Source: Candidatus Pacebacteria bacterium CG2_30_36_39
Lineage (GTDB): Bacteria; Patescibacteriota; Microgenomatia; UBA1400; PJMF01
Assembly (NCBI GenBank): GCA_001873435.1
Contig: MNZB01000004.1
Coordinates: 158,980-222,979 of the forward strand
Direction of reading: 5' to 3'
Length of the DNA stretch: 64,000 bases
The translations under genes were made by a program, and so were the position numbers. The notes under the pieces are model-generated. The model was not told the origin of the DNA. It saw only the letters and a list, made by a program, of their open reading frames with translations, and did no database searches. Below are positions 9,768-19,814 of this stretch, one piece after another; the first letter of the stretch is position 1; the number at the start of each line of letters is the position of its first letter.

Positions 9768-10706
9768 TCAAAAATTAGTAGGGGTTTTACCTTCAATCAT
9801 TTCCCTACCAAGTAAACCAGTTTGAGCACCAAAATATCTAATTACCGAACCAGCATTTCTAACACCCCATTCCACAGATTTTTTTGGTTCCAAGTGCAAA
9901 TATTGAGCTGCTGAATAACCAGTAGCAAATGCATCACCAGCTCCAGTGTCATCAACTGACTTTGCTGTTGCTCCAAAAAACTTTAATTCTTTATTTCCAT
10001 GAATATATACTTCACCGCCTTCAGCACCCTTGGTAACCACAATTTGAGGAATTTCTTTAATTAAATCAGCTTGCTGATCTTTTACCAAATCCCATTCTTT
10101 ACTATTCAAAAACAAAACCATACAAGGAAGCTCACTGACCTTTAACTCACCACTAGCCAACAATGCCAATTCTTGCTTGCCCGGATTCCAAGATAAAACA
10201 GTCTCTGGATGAATCTTTACTAATTCAAAAATTCTACGCAAAGCCTCCAATCTTCCAGCAATACTAGAGAGATGGATCCAACGAGCTTGGGAAACCCAAT
10301 ATGGAGGAATATCATAGGAATCCAGCTGAGAAGCTGCTCCTCGATGAACTAGAACTGTTCTACTACCATTTTTATCAACCAAAATTACTGAGCCACCAGT
10401 TGTTTCTTGTTTTTCTTTAACTAAAAGCTGGGTATCAACTTGCTCTTTTTGCAAATTACGTACAATCATTTCTGCAAAATCATCCCTACCAATTTCACTA
10501 ATCAAAGCTGCTTTAAAACCTAATCTAGAAAAACCAACAGCAGAATTAGCTGCTCCACCACCAATCCTAGAAACAAAACTTTCCATTTCAACTTTATCAC
10601 CCTGAATAGTAAATCTATTTTCACCATTGAGATTTTCAACATCAAATTTTTCAGAATGAATAAATATATCAACCAAAGAAGAACCAATAGAAATGAAGTC
10701 GTACAT
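9768..10706 (-). CDS. PfkB-family carbohydrate kinase
   Basis: GGGAANSA and DTGAGDAFATG signatures. Confidence 0.92.
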   Translation of the reverse strand: MYDFISIGSSLVDIFIHSEKFDVENLNGENRFTIQGDKVEMESFVSRIGGGAANSAVGFSRLGFKAALISEIGRDDFAEMIVRNLQKEQVDTQLLVKEKQETTGGSVILVDKNGSRTVLVHRGAASQLDSYDIPPYWVSQARWIHLSSIAGRLEALRRIFELVKIHPETVLSWNPGKQELALLASGELKVSELPCMVLFLNSKEWDLVKDQQADLIKEIPQIVVTKGAEGGEVYIHGNKELKFFGATAKSVDDTGAGDAFATGYSAAQYLHLEPKKSVEWGVRNAGSVIRYFGAQTGLLGREMIEGKTPTNF

Positions 10707-10718
10707 ATTTAAAATAGT

Positions 10719-11354
10719 TTACTCTGATTCGGTTTGACGAGGCAACCTACAACGAGTAGCCAGTTCTGACTCAAACTCATTCAATGCCTCAATTAATTCT
10801 TGTTCATCTCGAGCAATTTTATAAACTTCATGCTCCTTTTCTCCAATAAAAAAATTCTCACTAATTACTCGCATTACCTCATGCCAAAAATCACCATATA
10901 AAATCATGGGTTTATGATTACCATAATATAAATGACCAAGTAGCCAAGCAGTAGCCCATTCACTCAAAGTACCAGTTCCACCCTGAACACATATAAAAGC
11001 ATCAGATTGATCCATCAAACCAAACATACGCTCAATATAATTAGTTGCTTTAATTTCTTTGTCTGGCTTATTCTCCCCATCAGCACCCTCAAACTCTGGC
11101 ATATCTTTTGGGTTTAGAGTTACTGTTAAAGTCTTACCGCCAACTGACTGAGCTCCAAGTGTTGCAGCCAGCATTGTTCCTGGACCACCACCATCTACAA
11201 CTACTTTCCCGTTATATGCTAAAAAACGAGCTATTTTGAAAGTTTCTTGATAAAGAGGGTGCATCTCATCAACATCAGCGCTACCAAAAATTGCCACCTT
11301 TTTAATCGTACAAGTTGTTTTAATATGAGGAATAGTCAGATTACTTTTGATCAT
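10719..11354 (-). CDS. LOG-family nucleotide phosphoribohydrolase
   Basis: VAIFGSA, GGGPGTM, GGTGTLSE. Confidence 0.85.
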   Translation of the reverse strand: MIKSNLTIPHIKTTCTIKKVAIFGSADVDEMHPLYQETFKIARFLAYNGKVVVDGGGPGTMLAATLGAQSVGGKTLTVTLNPKDMPEFEGADGENKPDKEIKATNYIERMFGLMDQSDAFICVQGGTGTLSEWATAWLLGHLYYGNHKPMILYGDFWHEVMRVISENFFIGEKEHEVYKIARDEQELIEALNEFESELATRCRLPRQTESE

Positions 11355-11378
11355 GAATTTATGGTAACAGATTTTTAG

Positions 11379-12053
11379 CTACTCACCTAGTTGAAGGTAA
11401 TGAGAATATTGTTCACAGAAATCAGAAGCTTGCCAAAGAGTACTACCAATAGCAAAAGAACTAATACCTAATTTAATTATTTGTGGCAAATATTCTTCTG
11501 TTACACCACCGTCAAAGATTATTTCTGGAAAATTTTCTTGCTGACGCTCTAAACGGTGAATTTGAAAAAAATCCTCAATTTTTTCGAAAACAAAAGGCAC
11601 TAACTTTTCTTCCTGAAAACCCGCTTGAATACCCATAAATTGCACAATATCTAATTGATTCACAATACCTTCATCCAGAGCCTCCAAGTCAGTATAGGCA
11701 TCAAGAGACAAACCAACTTTTAAATCCATTTTCTTAACCTCTGTCACAAAATCCTGCTGATAAGTCATGCGTTCAACCTGAGCAATAATTGCTCTTAAAG
11801 GCAAATGTTCTCTAACCGTGGCTATTTCCAAAATGGTATCCATTGGTTCTTCCACCATTAAATGCAAATCTAACTCCAAATCACCAAAATCAATTTCCAA
11901 TAAATTATGTGGAGAAGCAGTAATATTATCTGCAAAAAAACCATCAATGATATCAATCTGCACAATCTCAACATCTGGACAAGACTTTGCTTTGTCTACT
12001 TGTTGCTGGATTGTTTCTAAGGAATCAGTTAAAACTGCTGGATAAATTTTCAT
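11379..12053 (-). CDS. rpe: Ribulose-phosphate 3-epimerase
   Basis: IDIIDGFF, DLHLMVEEP, FDGGV; adjacent to rpiB. Confidence 0.88.
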   Translation of the reverse strand: MKIYPAVLTDSLETIQQQVDKAKSCPDVEIVQIDIIDGFFADNITASPHNLLEIDFGDLELDLHLMVEEPMDTILEIATVREHLPLRAIIAQVERMTYQQDFVTEVKKMDLKVGLSLDAYTDLEALDEGIVNQLDIVQFMGIQAGFQEEKLVPFVFEKIEDFFQIHRLERQQENFPEIIFDGGVTEEYLPQIIKLGISSFAIGSTLWQASDFCEQYSHYLQLGE

Positions 12054-12505
12054 GACATTTCCTCTTCATAATTTGCAATTTGACCAATACGCCTAGCATG
12101 GCGAGATTCACCTGAAAATGGAGTATTTAGAAAAGCCTCAACAATCTTTTTAGCTTTTTCTGTAGAAGCAACAAAATCTGCCCCAAGAACTAAAATTTGG
12201 GCATCATTATCTGTTTTAGCATGACTAGCTTCTTTTTCATCAGAAGCAGCTACTGCTCTTATTCCCTTCACCTTATTTGCAGCGATAGTAGCTCCACCTC
12301 CAGATCGACATATTAGAATGCCAACCGAATTGGCTTCTTGCTGAACTTTTTCCGCCACATTAAAACTTATTTCTGGATAATCATCTCCTGGATCTAAAAA
12401 ATCAGCACCACAATCTTCTACAAGATGTTTCTTTTCTTTAAGAAAAGAAATTAGAGTATTTTTTAAATCATAGCCACCGTGATCGGCGCCAATAAATATT
12501 TTCAT
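12050..12505 (-). CDS. rpiB: Ribose-5-phosphate isomerase B
   Basis: GADHGG, DDYP, ICRSGGG, ANKVKGIRA, RHARRI. Confidence 0.93.
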   Translation of the reverse strand: MKIFIGADHGGYDLKNTLISFLKEKKHLVEDCGADFLDPGDDYPEISFNVAEKVQQEANSVGILICRSGGGATIAANKVKGIRAVAASDEKEASHAKTDNDAQILVLGADFVASTEKAKKIVEAFLNTPFSGESRHARRIGQIANYEEEMS

Positions 12506-12810
12506 AGGCCAAGCTCCAATCTTACTTCTTCTGACATCATATCAGGCACCCAAGGGGGATCAAAGGTTAGAACTATTTCCACATCTTGTTCAACATCATC
12601 AACTATACCAAACATACTTTGACGAACCATATCATCAATGATTGGTGCCAAAGGACATCCTGGAGAAGTTAAAGTCATGGTAATTTTGACTTTTTCAGCT
12701 TTTTTGAGTTCTATTTTATAAATCAAACCCAAACTCACAATATCAACCTGTAATTCAGGGTCTATTACTGTTGCTAATGCTTGACGAATTATTTCTTCAG
12801 TTAAAACCAT
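12502..12810 (-). CDS. DUF59/SufT-like Fe-S maturation protein
   Basis: VIDPELQVDIVSLGLIY, TLTSPGCP, FDPPW. Confidence 0.9.
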   Translation of the reverse strand: MVLTEEIIRQALATVIDPELQVDIVSLGLIYKIELKKAEKVKITMTLTSPGCPLAPIIDDMVRQSMFGIVDDVEQDVEIVLTFDPPWVPDMMSEEVRLELGL

Positions 12811-12864
12811 ATTTCTTGCATTATAACTGCTGTTTTAGATAAAACTGGTAAGAGATCACACAAT

Positions 12865-12909
12865 AAAAAACCCTCCCCCGCTGAGAAATTATCCCAACGA
12901 GGGAGGGTT
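12865..12909 (-). terminator. Intrinsic terminator after the 67-aa gene
   Basis: Minus strand AACCCTCCCTCG...CGGGGGAGGGTTTTTT. Confidence 0.8.
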
Positions 12910-12931
12910 CTACTTTTCAAAAGTTGAAAGC

Positions 12932-13135
12932 CTAGCTTTTCTTCAAAACAGGCATTCCAGTTCTCTTGGTTTCGACCACGCTGTAACCAGCTGGTACGGC
13001 TGCCAAAGAACCATCACGGACATCTCGAGCAAAGAAATAAATTCTTTGAACGCGGCCGTTCTTCAAGGTTACCTCACGAGTGTGGAGGTAGTAGGTTTGA
13101 CCCTTGGAGTTAGTGTAACTGTAGGCGTCTGCCAT
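12932..13135 (-). CDS. Small basic protein of unknown function
   Basis: YSYTNSKGQTYYLH...IYFFA...TGMPVLKK; strong AAGGAG SD and its own terminator. Confidence 0.8.
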   Translation of the reverse strand: MADAYSYTNSKGQTYYLHTREVTLKNGRVQRIYFFARDVRDGSLAAVPAGYSVVETKRTGMPVLKKS

Positions 13136-13233
13136 AGTTTATGCTCCTTCTTTCTGACCCGAGTGCTCTCGAGGTCTCTAACTACTTATTACAGATTAAC
13201 ACACCTGGCGTCTGAATCAAGACGCAGTTCAGG

Positions 13234-13737
13234 TTATTCTTGCTCGCTGATCATGCCTTTTAGCAATATTTCCTCGAGTTGTGCATCATCGTTCATTTCT
13301 TTACTAACAATGATTTCGAATGGCAAAGTACTAGAACTAATGGAAGCTGAGCCAACATAACCACCCTTACTGTATTCCAAAACCATGGCTTTACGCTTAC
13401 CTTCGCTGTCAGTTTCTTTTAACCAAACTTGATATTTGCCAGTAGAAAGTTTTGGCAAAACAGCGGAAACAGTAAATGAAACCTTACCATCTTTGACCTC
13501 ATAACGTACTTCACCTAAATCAGCACCTGCTCCTTCTAAGTTCTCAGTTTTAAAATCTTTAGTTCCCTTCAAGAAACCAGTTGCTTCTGCTGGTTCTAAG
13601 TTTTCAATCTTAACGCCATCACTAAGAAGAGAGGTCATACCTTCTCTTTGAGTTCGTAAGTTATACCAACGAAATAATAAGAAAAATACAAATAAAAGCG
13701 CTGCAGCAGGAAAAATATATGGATAAAATTTTTTCAT
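13234..13737 (-). CDS. Hypothetical membrane-anchored beta-rich protein
   Basis: N-terminal TM helix, YQVWL motif, GGAGG SD. Confidence 0.7.
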   Translation of the reverse strand: MKKFYPYIFPAAALLFVFFLLFRWYNLRTQREGMTSLLSDGVKIENLEPAEATGFLKGTKDFKTENLEGAGADLGEVRYEVKDGKVSFTVSAVLPKLSTGKYQVWLKETDSEGKRKAMVLEYSKGGYVGSASISSSTLPFEIIVSKEMNDDAQLEEILLKGMISEQE

Positions 13738-13905
13738 AGAGGCCCCTCCCAGGCTCTTATATTGTTGTTAAAGCTCAACAAGACAAATATAAACATAATA
13801 ATTAATGTTGAGGGGCAGGTAATTCAACTGATCTAATTAGTTTTATAAATAATCTGTATCAGTTCGATACTATTTTGCACGAGAAATAACAGGAGTCAAG
13901 ATCAT

Positions 13906-14154
13906 TTACTTTGAGATTATGGGCCAGACCTGGTCACCAGACTCATTATCAACCACAATCACAGCAGCAGTGGGACAACTTTGAGCAGCCAAAAGCTTAG
14001 TTTCATCATCGTTGCCCTGTTGAGAAATTATGCGAGCAATTTGCTCCTCATCAAGTTCAAAAACACCAGGAGCAATTGCTGTACAACTGGCAGCACCAAT
14101 ACATTTTTCTCTAATAATCTTCACTGTATATTTACCAATTTTTTTATCAGTCAT
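13906..14154 (-). CDS. Ferredoxin, single 3Fe-4S/4Fe-4S cluster
   Basis: CIGAASC...AAQSCPTAAV; start placed at MTDKK behind an AAGGTG SD. Confidence 0.88.
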   Translation of the reverse strand: MTDKKIGKYTVKIIREKCIGAASCTAIAPGVFELDEEQIARIISQQGNDDETKLLAAQSCPTAAVIVVDNESGDQVWPIISK

Positions 14155-14172
14155 TTCACCTTTCAAAAAAAA

Positions 14173-14895
14173 CTAATAAAACTTTTCGTGATGGATTGCT
14201 GTTTCAGCAATTCCCTTATTGATTAGTAATTCTTTGATTTCTTGAATCATTTTGGCATTACCACAAAGATAATATCCAGTATTACCGGTTGGTAAAGTAT
14301 GAATATTTAAACAATCATTAACATGCCCTCGACACAAAGGCCACTCCTGAAGAGCTTGCGATAAAACTGGATGAAAATGGAAATTAGGAAATGCCTGAGC
14401 CAAATCCTGAAATTCATCTTGCCAAATCATATCTTCTTCATGTCTTAACCCCCAATAAAGAGTAATTTCTCTTTTATCTTCTTTCTCCCTCAACAAATTA
14501 GGAATCATGCTATGAAAAGGAGCAACTCCAGAGCCAGTAGCAACAAAAACCAAATTTTCTTCTCTTGGTTCTTCCTGAACTATAAAAACTCCCATTGGAC
14601 CTAAAACTTGAACTTCTTGACCAAACTGCAAATTTTTCAAAAAATTCACCCCTAAACCCTCTGGCGTAGTATCAACAGTGATCTCAAAACTATGCTTAAC
14701 CTCAGGTGAACTACAAATAGAGTATGATCTACGCTCTCCTTTGTCTGAAACTAAAAAAGAAACATATTGACCAGCAATGAATTCTAATAAATTTGGCTCC
14801 ACTAACTCAAACTGAAATTTAATAAATTTACCATTTAAAGGTTCTGTATCTGCTAATTTAGCGACGTATTGTTTTGGTGGTGGTAACTGTTGCAT
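14173..14895 (-). CDS. FAD/NAD(P)-binding oxidoreductase (ferredoxin-NADP reductase-like)
   Basis: RSYSICS, GPMG, ATGSGVAP, YLCG, C-terminal EKF. Confidence 0.9.
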   Translation of the reverse strand: MQQLPPPKQYVAKLADTEPLNGKFIKFQFELVEPNLLEFIAGQYVSFLVSDKGERRSYSICSSPEVKHSFEITVDTTPEGLGVNFLKNLQFGQEVQVLGPMGVFIVQEEPREENLVFVATGSGVAPFHSMIPNLLREKEDKREITLYWGLRHEEDMIWQDEFQDLAQAFPNFHFHPVLSQALQEWPLCRGHVNDCLNIHTLPTGNTGYYLCGNAKMIQEIKELLINKGIAETAIHHEKFY

Positions 14896-14912
14896 AAAAT
14901 ATTTTCCTAAAC

Positions 14913-15482
14913 TTATTTTTTTACTTTAAAAAGCTGTTGAGCAGATTCTCGACCATACCAAATACCCAAAGCCAACTTAATAATACCTTGATATTCTTCC
15001 GTACGATCAACAAATCCATTTGTTAAGATACCAATTAAACCTTCTTGTTGTTTAATTAAGTTAATATTTTTCTCGCCAATTAAATAAGCTACTGCATGAC
15101 CCATTTCAACTTTTTGACGAATTTGTTCAGCAACCGCATCTGGAACTTTAAAACGAGCTCCAGCAGAAAAACAAACATTATCTTGCTGATCCACTACCGC
15201 AGCCCAAACCGTTGACCACATTTCATTACCATAATCAACAACACCACCCTCCATACCAACTCCAATAGCTGAAGAATCAGAAATCTCAATTAATCCAGTT
15301 TTTAATGCTTCTTTTGCTCGATTGAAAGCACCTTGTTTTGTTTCCTCATCACTCATTGGTTGAGCACCAACACCACTTTTAACCTCAAGTCCCTTTACTA
15401 TTACATCTGGCCAAGTCTCAATTGCAGCAGCAAGTACTGCATTAACCTTAACTGGATTAGCTGAGCCAACAAAAATTTTCAT
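14913..15482 (-). CDS. Non-canonical purine NTP phosphatase (YjjX/DUF84 family)
   Basis: GSANPVK, SGVGAQP, GAFNRA, GMEGG, GLIGILT. Confidence 0.85.
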   Translation of the reverse strand: MKIFVGSANPVKVNAVLAAAIETWPDVIVKGLEVKSGVGAQPMSDEETKQGAFNRAKEALKTGLIEISDSSAIGVGMEGGVVDYGNEMWSTVWAAVVDQQDNVCFSAGARFKVPDAVAEQIRQKVEMGHAVAYLIGEKNINLIKQQEGLIGILTNGFVDRTEEYQGIIKLALGIWYGRESAQQLFKVKK

Positions 15483-15865
15483 TATTTATTTTCCCAATTC
15501 ATAATTGCTTTTTTTACAGCCATTAAACCCATCGTAAAACACTTTTCTCTTCCCGCGGCTATATCTTCCATACCAAAAAAAGGTAATAGATCTTGCTTTT
15601 GCCAAGTTTTAACCAAATCCAAATCAGCACCAATTAATTTATCCGAAAGTAAACTCATACTGGTTTGACTCACTGAACAACCCTTACCTGACCATTTAAC
15701 ATCATCAATAGTTTTTTTATCTTCAGATAACTTTAAAGTAATAGTTACTTGATCTCCACAAGATGAATTGGTTTCCATATGTTCAATGTCTGGATTAACC
15801 AAAGCACCCTGGTTTCGTGGCTCTCTATACTCAGCAATCAATGCTTCTTGATAAAAATCACTCAT
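15482..15865 (-). CDS. sufU: SufU/IscU-type Fe-S assembly protein
   Basis: NSSCGD, GCSVSQ, REKC; follows sufS. Confidence 0.85.
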   Translation of the reverse strand: MSDFYQEALIAEYREPRNQGALVNPDIEHMETNSSCGDQVTITLKLSEDKKTIDDVKWSGKGCSVSQTSMSLLSDKLIGADLDLVKTWQKQDLLPFFGMEDIAAGREKCFTMGLMAVKKAIMNWENK

Positions 15866-17130
15866 TAATTCCTCCCAAAAATCTTCAATACCTTATCAAA
15901 AGCTTTAACAAGAACATCAATTTCTTCTTTAGTAGAATAAACATTAAAACTAGCTCTCGTAGTTGCTTGCCAACCACAAGCAATATGTAAAGGCATAGTG
16001 CAATGATTACCAGATCTAACTGCTACTCCTTCACTATCTAAAATTTGAGCTAAATCATGGGCATGAACCTCATCATGAACAAAAGCTACTGAACCCAATC
16101 TGTTTGGTATACCATCTTCATCTAAAGCTGGTTGCAAACCAATTACCGTTAAACCTGGAATTTTAGACAGTTTTTCATAGGCATACTGAACCAAAGAAAA
16201 ATCATGCATCATCACTTCAGTCATATTCAATTTAGCCAAATATTCACAAGCTACCGCCAAACCTCTAACTGAAGCCACATCTGGTGTACCCGCAGTATAT
16301 CGATCAGCCAAATCGTCGCTATAAGTAGCATCTAATTCATGAACTTGATTAATCATGCCACCGCCAAAAAGCCATGGCTGCATTTCATTTGCCAACAGCA
16401 TTGATTTTCTAACTAATAATCCGCCAACACCCATGGGAGCTAGCATTTTATGACCACTAAAAACTAGAAAATCAACATTGAGAGCATGAAAATTAAGCGG
16501 CATATGAGGAACTGATTGAGCAGCATCAAGTAAAACCCTAGATTCTGGAGCTAGTTTACGCACTAATGACACAATTTTTTTAACAGGATTAACTGTTCCA
16601 AGAGTATTAGAAACATGACCAAAAGCCACTAATTTGACTGATCCTTGCTCAAGTATCTCCTCTAATTGAGTTAGATTTAAAATTGATTCATTTTTTAAAC
16701 CAACTACTTTTAGAGTTGCACCAGTTCTTTTACACAATTCTTGCCAAACAACCAAATTAGCATGATGCTCCATAGCAGTACTAACAATTACATCTCCAGC
16801 TTTAAGTTGATGATCTCCCCAACCATATGCCACACCATTAATCGCCTCGGTGGTGTTGCGAGTGATAATTAATTCTTCTGCAGCAGCACCAAGAAATTGG
16901 GCAATGGTTTCTCTGCTATCATCCCAAACTTGAGTACTACGATCAGATAATTTATGAACGCCACGATGTACATTGGCTGTATTGTGTTGGTAATATTCAG
17001 TGATTGCTTCAATTACTTGATTTGGTTTCTGAGAAGTAGCAGCACTATCAAGATATACCAGGGGTAAACTTTGATGAACAGTTTCATTAAGAATGGGAAA
17101 GTCCTCGCGGACTGTTTTTGAGTCAAACAT
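15865..17130 (-). CDS. sufS: Cysteine desulfurase SufS
   Basis: YLDSAATSQKP, FSGHKM, RSGNHC. Confidence 0.95.
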   Translation of the reverse strand: MFDSKTVREDFPILNETVHQSLPLVYLDSAATSQKPNQVIEAITEYYQHNTANVHRGVHKLSDRSTQVWDDSRETIAQFLGAAAEELIITRNTTEAINGVAYGWGDHQLKAGDVIVSTAMEHHANLVVWQELCKRTGATLKVVGLKNESILNLTQLEEILEQGSVKLVAFGHVSNTLGTVNPVKKIVSLVRKLAPESRVLLDAAQSVPHMPLNFHALNVDFLVFSGHKMLAPMGVGGLLVRKSMLLANEMQPWLFGGGMINQVHELDATYSDDLADRYTAGTPDVASVRGLAVACEYLAKLNMTEVMMHDFSLVQYAYEKLSKIPGLTVIGLQPALDEDGIPNRLGSVAFVHDEVHAHDLAQILDSEGVAVRSGNHCTMPLHIACGWQATTRASFNVYSTKEEIDVLVKAFDKVLKIFGRN

Positions 17131-17149
17131 AACTGTGATTGTAACAAAC

Positions 17150-17635
17150 TTATATCGTTAAAAACCCCTCGACAATCATTTCTTCAGCAGTTTTCTTTTT
17201 TATGCCTCGAGATTGCAGATAAAAAAGATGTTCTTCTGGGATGCTACTAATACTGGCAGCATGAGAACATTTCACATCATCGGTTTTAATTTCCAAATCA
17301 GGAACTGTTTCTGCCTTGGCTTGCTCTGAAAGCAATAAAACTCTCTCTGTTAAAAATGACTGGGTATCACCACATTTTTCATTAATAATAATCTTCCCTT
17401 TGAGTTGCAAAAATGATTGATCTGATGCAACACCTTTGAGTATTGTATTGGCCTGAGTATGAGCAGCTTGATGATGAATTATGACTTCAATTTTTTTCTG
17501 CTCAGTTTTTTGACTACGAAAAACCCCAGTTATCTCAACTGAAGAACCTGATCCAACCAATTCAATTAAATATTGACCTGGTTTAGTAAGCTTAATTTCT
17601 TGATGCTGATCTTTTAAGATTTTGAAGGTTTTCAT
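17150..17635 (-). CDS. sufD: Short SufD-like protein (C-terminal beta-helix only)
   Basis: PDLEIKTDDVKCSHAAS, LFYLQSRGI; lies between sufB and sufS. Confidence 0.8.
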   Translation of the reverse strand: MKTFKILKDQHQEIKLTKPGQYLIELVGSGSSVEITGVFRSQKTEQKKIEVIIHHQAAHTQANTILKGVASDQSFLQLKGKIIINEKCGDTQSFLTERVLLLSEQAKAETVPDLEIKTDDVKCSHAASISSIPEEHLFYLQSRGIKKKTAEEMIVEGFLTI

Positions 17636-19066
17636 TTAACCAATTGAACCTTCCATTTCAAAATCAATTAAACGATTCATTTCCACTGCATATTCCAAAG
17701 GCAATTTTTTAACTAAATCAGCAATAAAACCATTCACAATCATTTTACGAGCATCTTCCTCAGACACACCCCTGCTCATTAAATAAAAAAGTTGATCATC
17801 ACCGATCTTAGAAACAGTAGCCTCATGTTGAATTTCAACCTGATTATTAAAAACTTTTTCAATTGGATAAGTGTCAGATCGAGATAAATCATCAAGTAAT
17901 AGGGCGTCACAAACTACCGTGTTTTTACTATGATGAGCCTGAGGTGAAATATGAACCATGCCGCGATAGCTAGCTCTGCCTCCACTCTTACTAATAGATT
18001 TGGAAATAATAGTTGAAGAAGTATATGGAGCCAAATGAACTGCTTTGGCACCAGTATCTTGATGTTGACCAGCTCCAGCCAAAGCCATAGAAAGTACTTC
18101 TCCCTTTGCTCCTTTACCAGCCAAAACAAAACCTGGATATTTCATGGTTACTTTTGAACCCATATTGAAGTCTGTCCAAACCATCTTTCCCTCTTCGTGA
18201 ACATAAGCTCTTTTGGTTACCAAGTTATAGATATTCTTATACCAATTTTGAACCGTGGTGTACTGACAAGTAGCTCCTTTTTTAATCACAATTTCCACTA
18301 CAGCCGAATGTAAAGAAGTCGAAGAAAACTGAGGAGCAGTGCAACCCTCAACATAGTGAACTGAAGCTCCTTCATCAACAATAATTAGGGTTCTTTCAAA
18401 TTGACCAAAAGCCTCAGAGTTAATACGAAAATATGTTTGCAAAGGCATTTTGACATGCACTCCTGGTGGAATATAAACAAAGGAACCACCAGACCAAACA
18501 GCAGTATTAAGAGCCGAATATTTATTATCACCACTTGCAATTACTTTGCCAAAATATTCTTTAATTAAATCTGGATAATTGGCTAATCCCTCATCCATTG
18601 AAAGAAAAATTACACCATCTTTTTCCCAGGTTTTTTTTAAAGACCCATAAACAACTTCGCTATCATATTGGGCTTTTACTCCAGCCAAATACTCTCGCTC
18701 TGCCTCTGGCACACCAATCCGATCAAAAGTTTCCTTAACCTCCGGAGGAACATCCTCCCATGATTTTGCTTGATTATCGGTTGGCTTGAGGTAATATGAC
18801 AAATCAGCAAAAGTTAAACCAGTTAAATCTGCACCCCAAAGAGGATTTCTTTTTTGTTCAAATTCAGCAAAACCCTGAAGACGATTATTCAGCATCCATG
18901 CTGGTTCATTTTTCATTGCAGAAATTTGCTTGACTACCTCAACATTTAAACCCTTGTCTGCTTGAAAACTATAATCTTGAGTACCAAAAGAATACCCATG
19001 TTCGTAGGTTTCATTAACAAAATCTGCTCCTGGTTTGGAAGTTTTTTTAGCTGCGAATCTGGCCAT
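17636..19066 (-). CDS. sufB: Fe-S cluster assembly protein SufB
   Basis: GQFERTLII, YVEGCTAP, LHSAVVE, HEATVSKI; start placed at MARF. Confidence 0.95.
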   Translation of the reverse strand: MARFAAKKTSKPGADFVNETYEHGYSFGTQDYSFQADKGLNVEVVKQISAMKNEPAWMLNNRLQGFAEFEQKRNPLWGADLTGLTFADLSYYLKPTDNQAKSWEDVPPEVKETFDRIGVPEAEREYLAGVKAQYDSEVVYGSLKKTWEKDGVIFLSMDEGLANYPDLIKEYFGKVIASGDNKYSALNTAVWSGGSFVYIPPGVHVKMPLQTYFRINSEAFGQFERTLIIVDEGASVHYVEGCTAPQFSSTSLHSAVVEIVIKKGATCQYTTVQNWYKNIYNLVTKRAYVHEEGKMVWTDFNMGSKVTMKYPGFVLAGKGAKGEVLSMALAGAGQHQDTGAKAVHLAPYTSSTIISKSISKSGGRASYRGMVHISPQAHHSKNTVVCDALLLDDLSRSDTYPIEKVFNNQVEIQHEATVSKIGDDQLFYLMSRGVSEEDARKMIVNGFIADLVKKLPLEYAVEMNRLIDFEMEGSIG

Positions 19067-19796
19067 ATCCAGTTTTTTCCAATTCTGCAACTAACTCAGG
19101 ACCGCCAGTTTTTACTACTCTACCTGAGGAAACTATTAATACTTCATCATAAGTTAAATACTGCAAAATACGTTGATAATGAGTGATAACAATCACCGTC
19201 ATATTGAGCTGTTTTTTGAGCGCTGCTACTCCTCGAGCTACTATTCTAATTGCATCAATATCTAGACCAGAATCAGTTTCATCAAGAATAGCCAACTTTG
19301 GTTCGAGAACTGCCATCTGTAAAATTTCCAAACGTTTTTTTTCACCACCAGAAAAACCTTCATTTAATCCTCGGTCTAAAAGTTTTTTGGCAATATCAAG
19401 TTCCGTTGCTTTCTCAAATAGAAAATCACGAAATTCGACAATGGAAACATATTTCCTCTTACTTCTGTCTGGATATTTTTGAGTATAAACAGTCCACAAA
19501 AAATTAAGTACTTTGACACCAGGAATTTCTACTGGATATTGAAAAGCTAAAAATAACCCTTCTCTGGCTCTTTCGTCCGGAGACATATTAAGTAATTCTT
19601 TGCCAGCCAAAATTGCTGAACCAGTTGCCTGATAATCAGGATGCCCAGCCAATACATTTGACAAAGTTGATTTTCCTGATCCATTAGGGCCCATGACCAC
19701 CACTGTTTTCCCCTCCTCAATATCAAGATTTATTCCTTGGAGAATTTCTTGGCCATCTGTTGAGGCGCGTAGGTCTTTTACAGAAAAAAAAGACAT
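19047..19796 (-). CDS. sufC: Fe-S cluster assembly ATPase SufC
   Basis: GPNGSGKS, FQYPVEIPG, GFSGGEKKR, DETDSGLDID. Confidence 0.96.
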   Translation of the reverse strand: MSFFSVKDLRASTDGQEILQGINLDIEEGKTVVVMGPNGSGKSTLSNVLAGHPDYQATGSAILAGKELLNMSPDERAREGLFLAFQYPVEIPGVKVLNFLWTVYTQKYPDRSKRKYVSIVEFRDFLFEKATELDIAKKLLDRGLNEGFSGGEKKRLEILQMAVLEPKLAILDETDSGLDIDAIRIVARGVAALKKQLNMTVIVITHYQRILQYLTYDEVLIVSSGRVVKTGGPELVAELEKTGYGQIRS

Positions 19797-19814
19797 AGAT
19801 TTAATTACTTTCTC

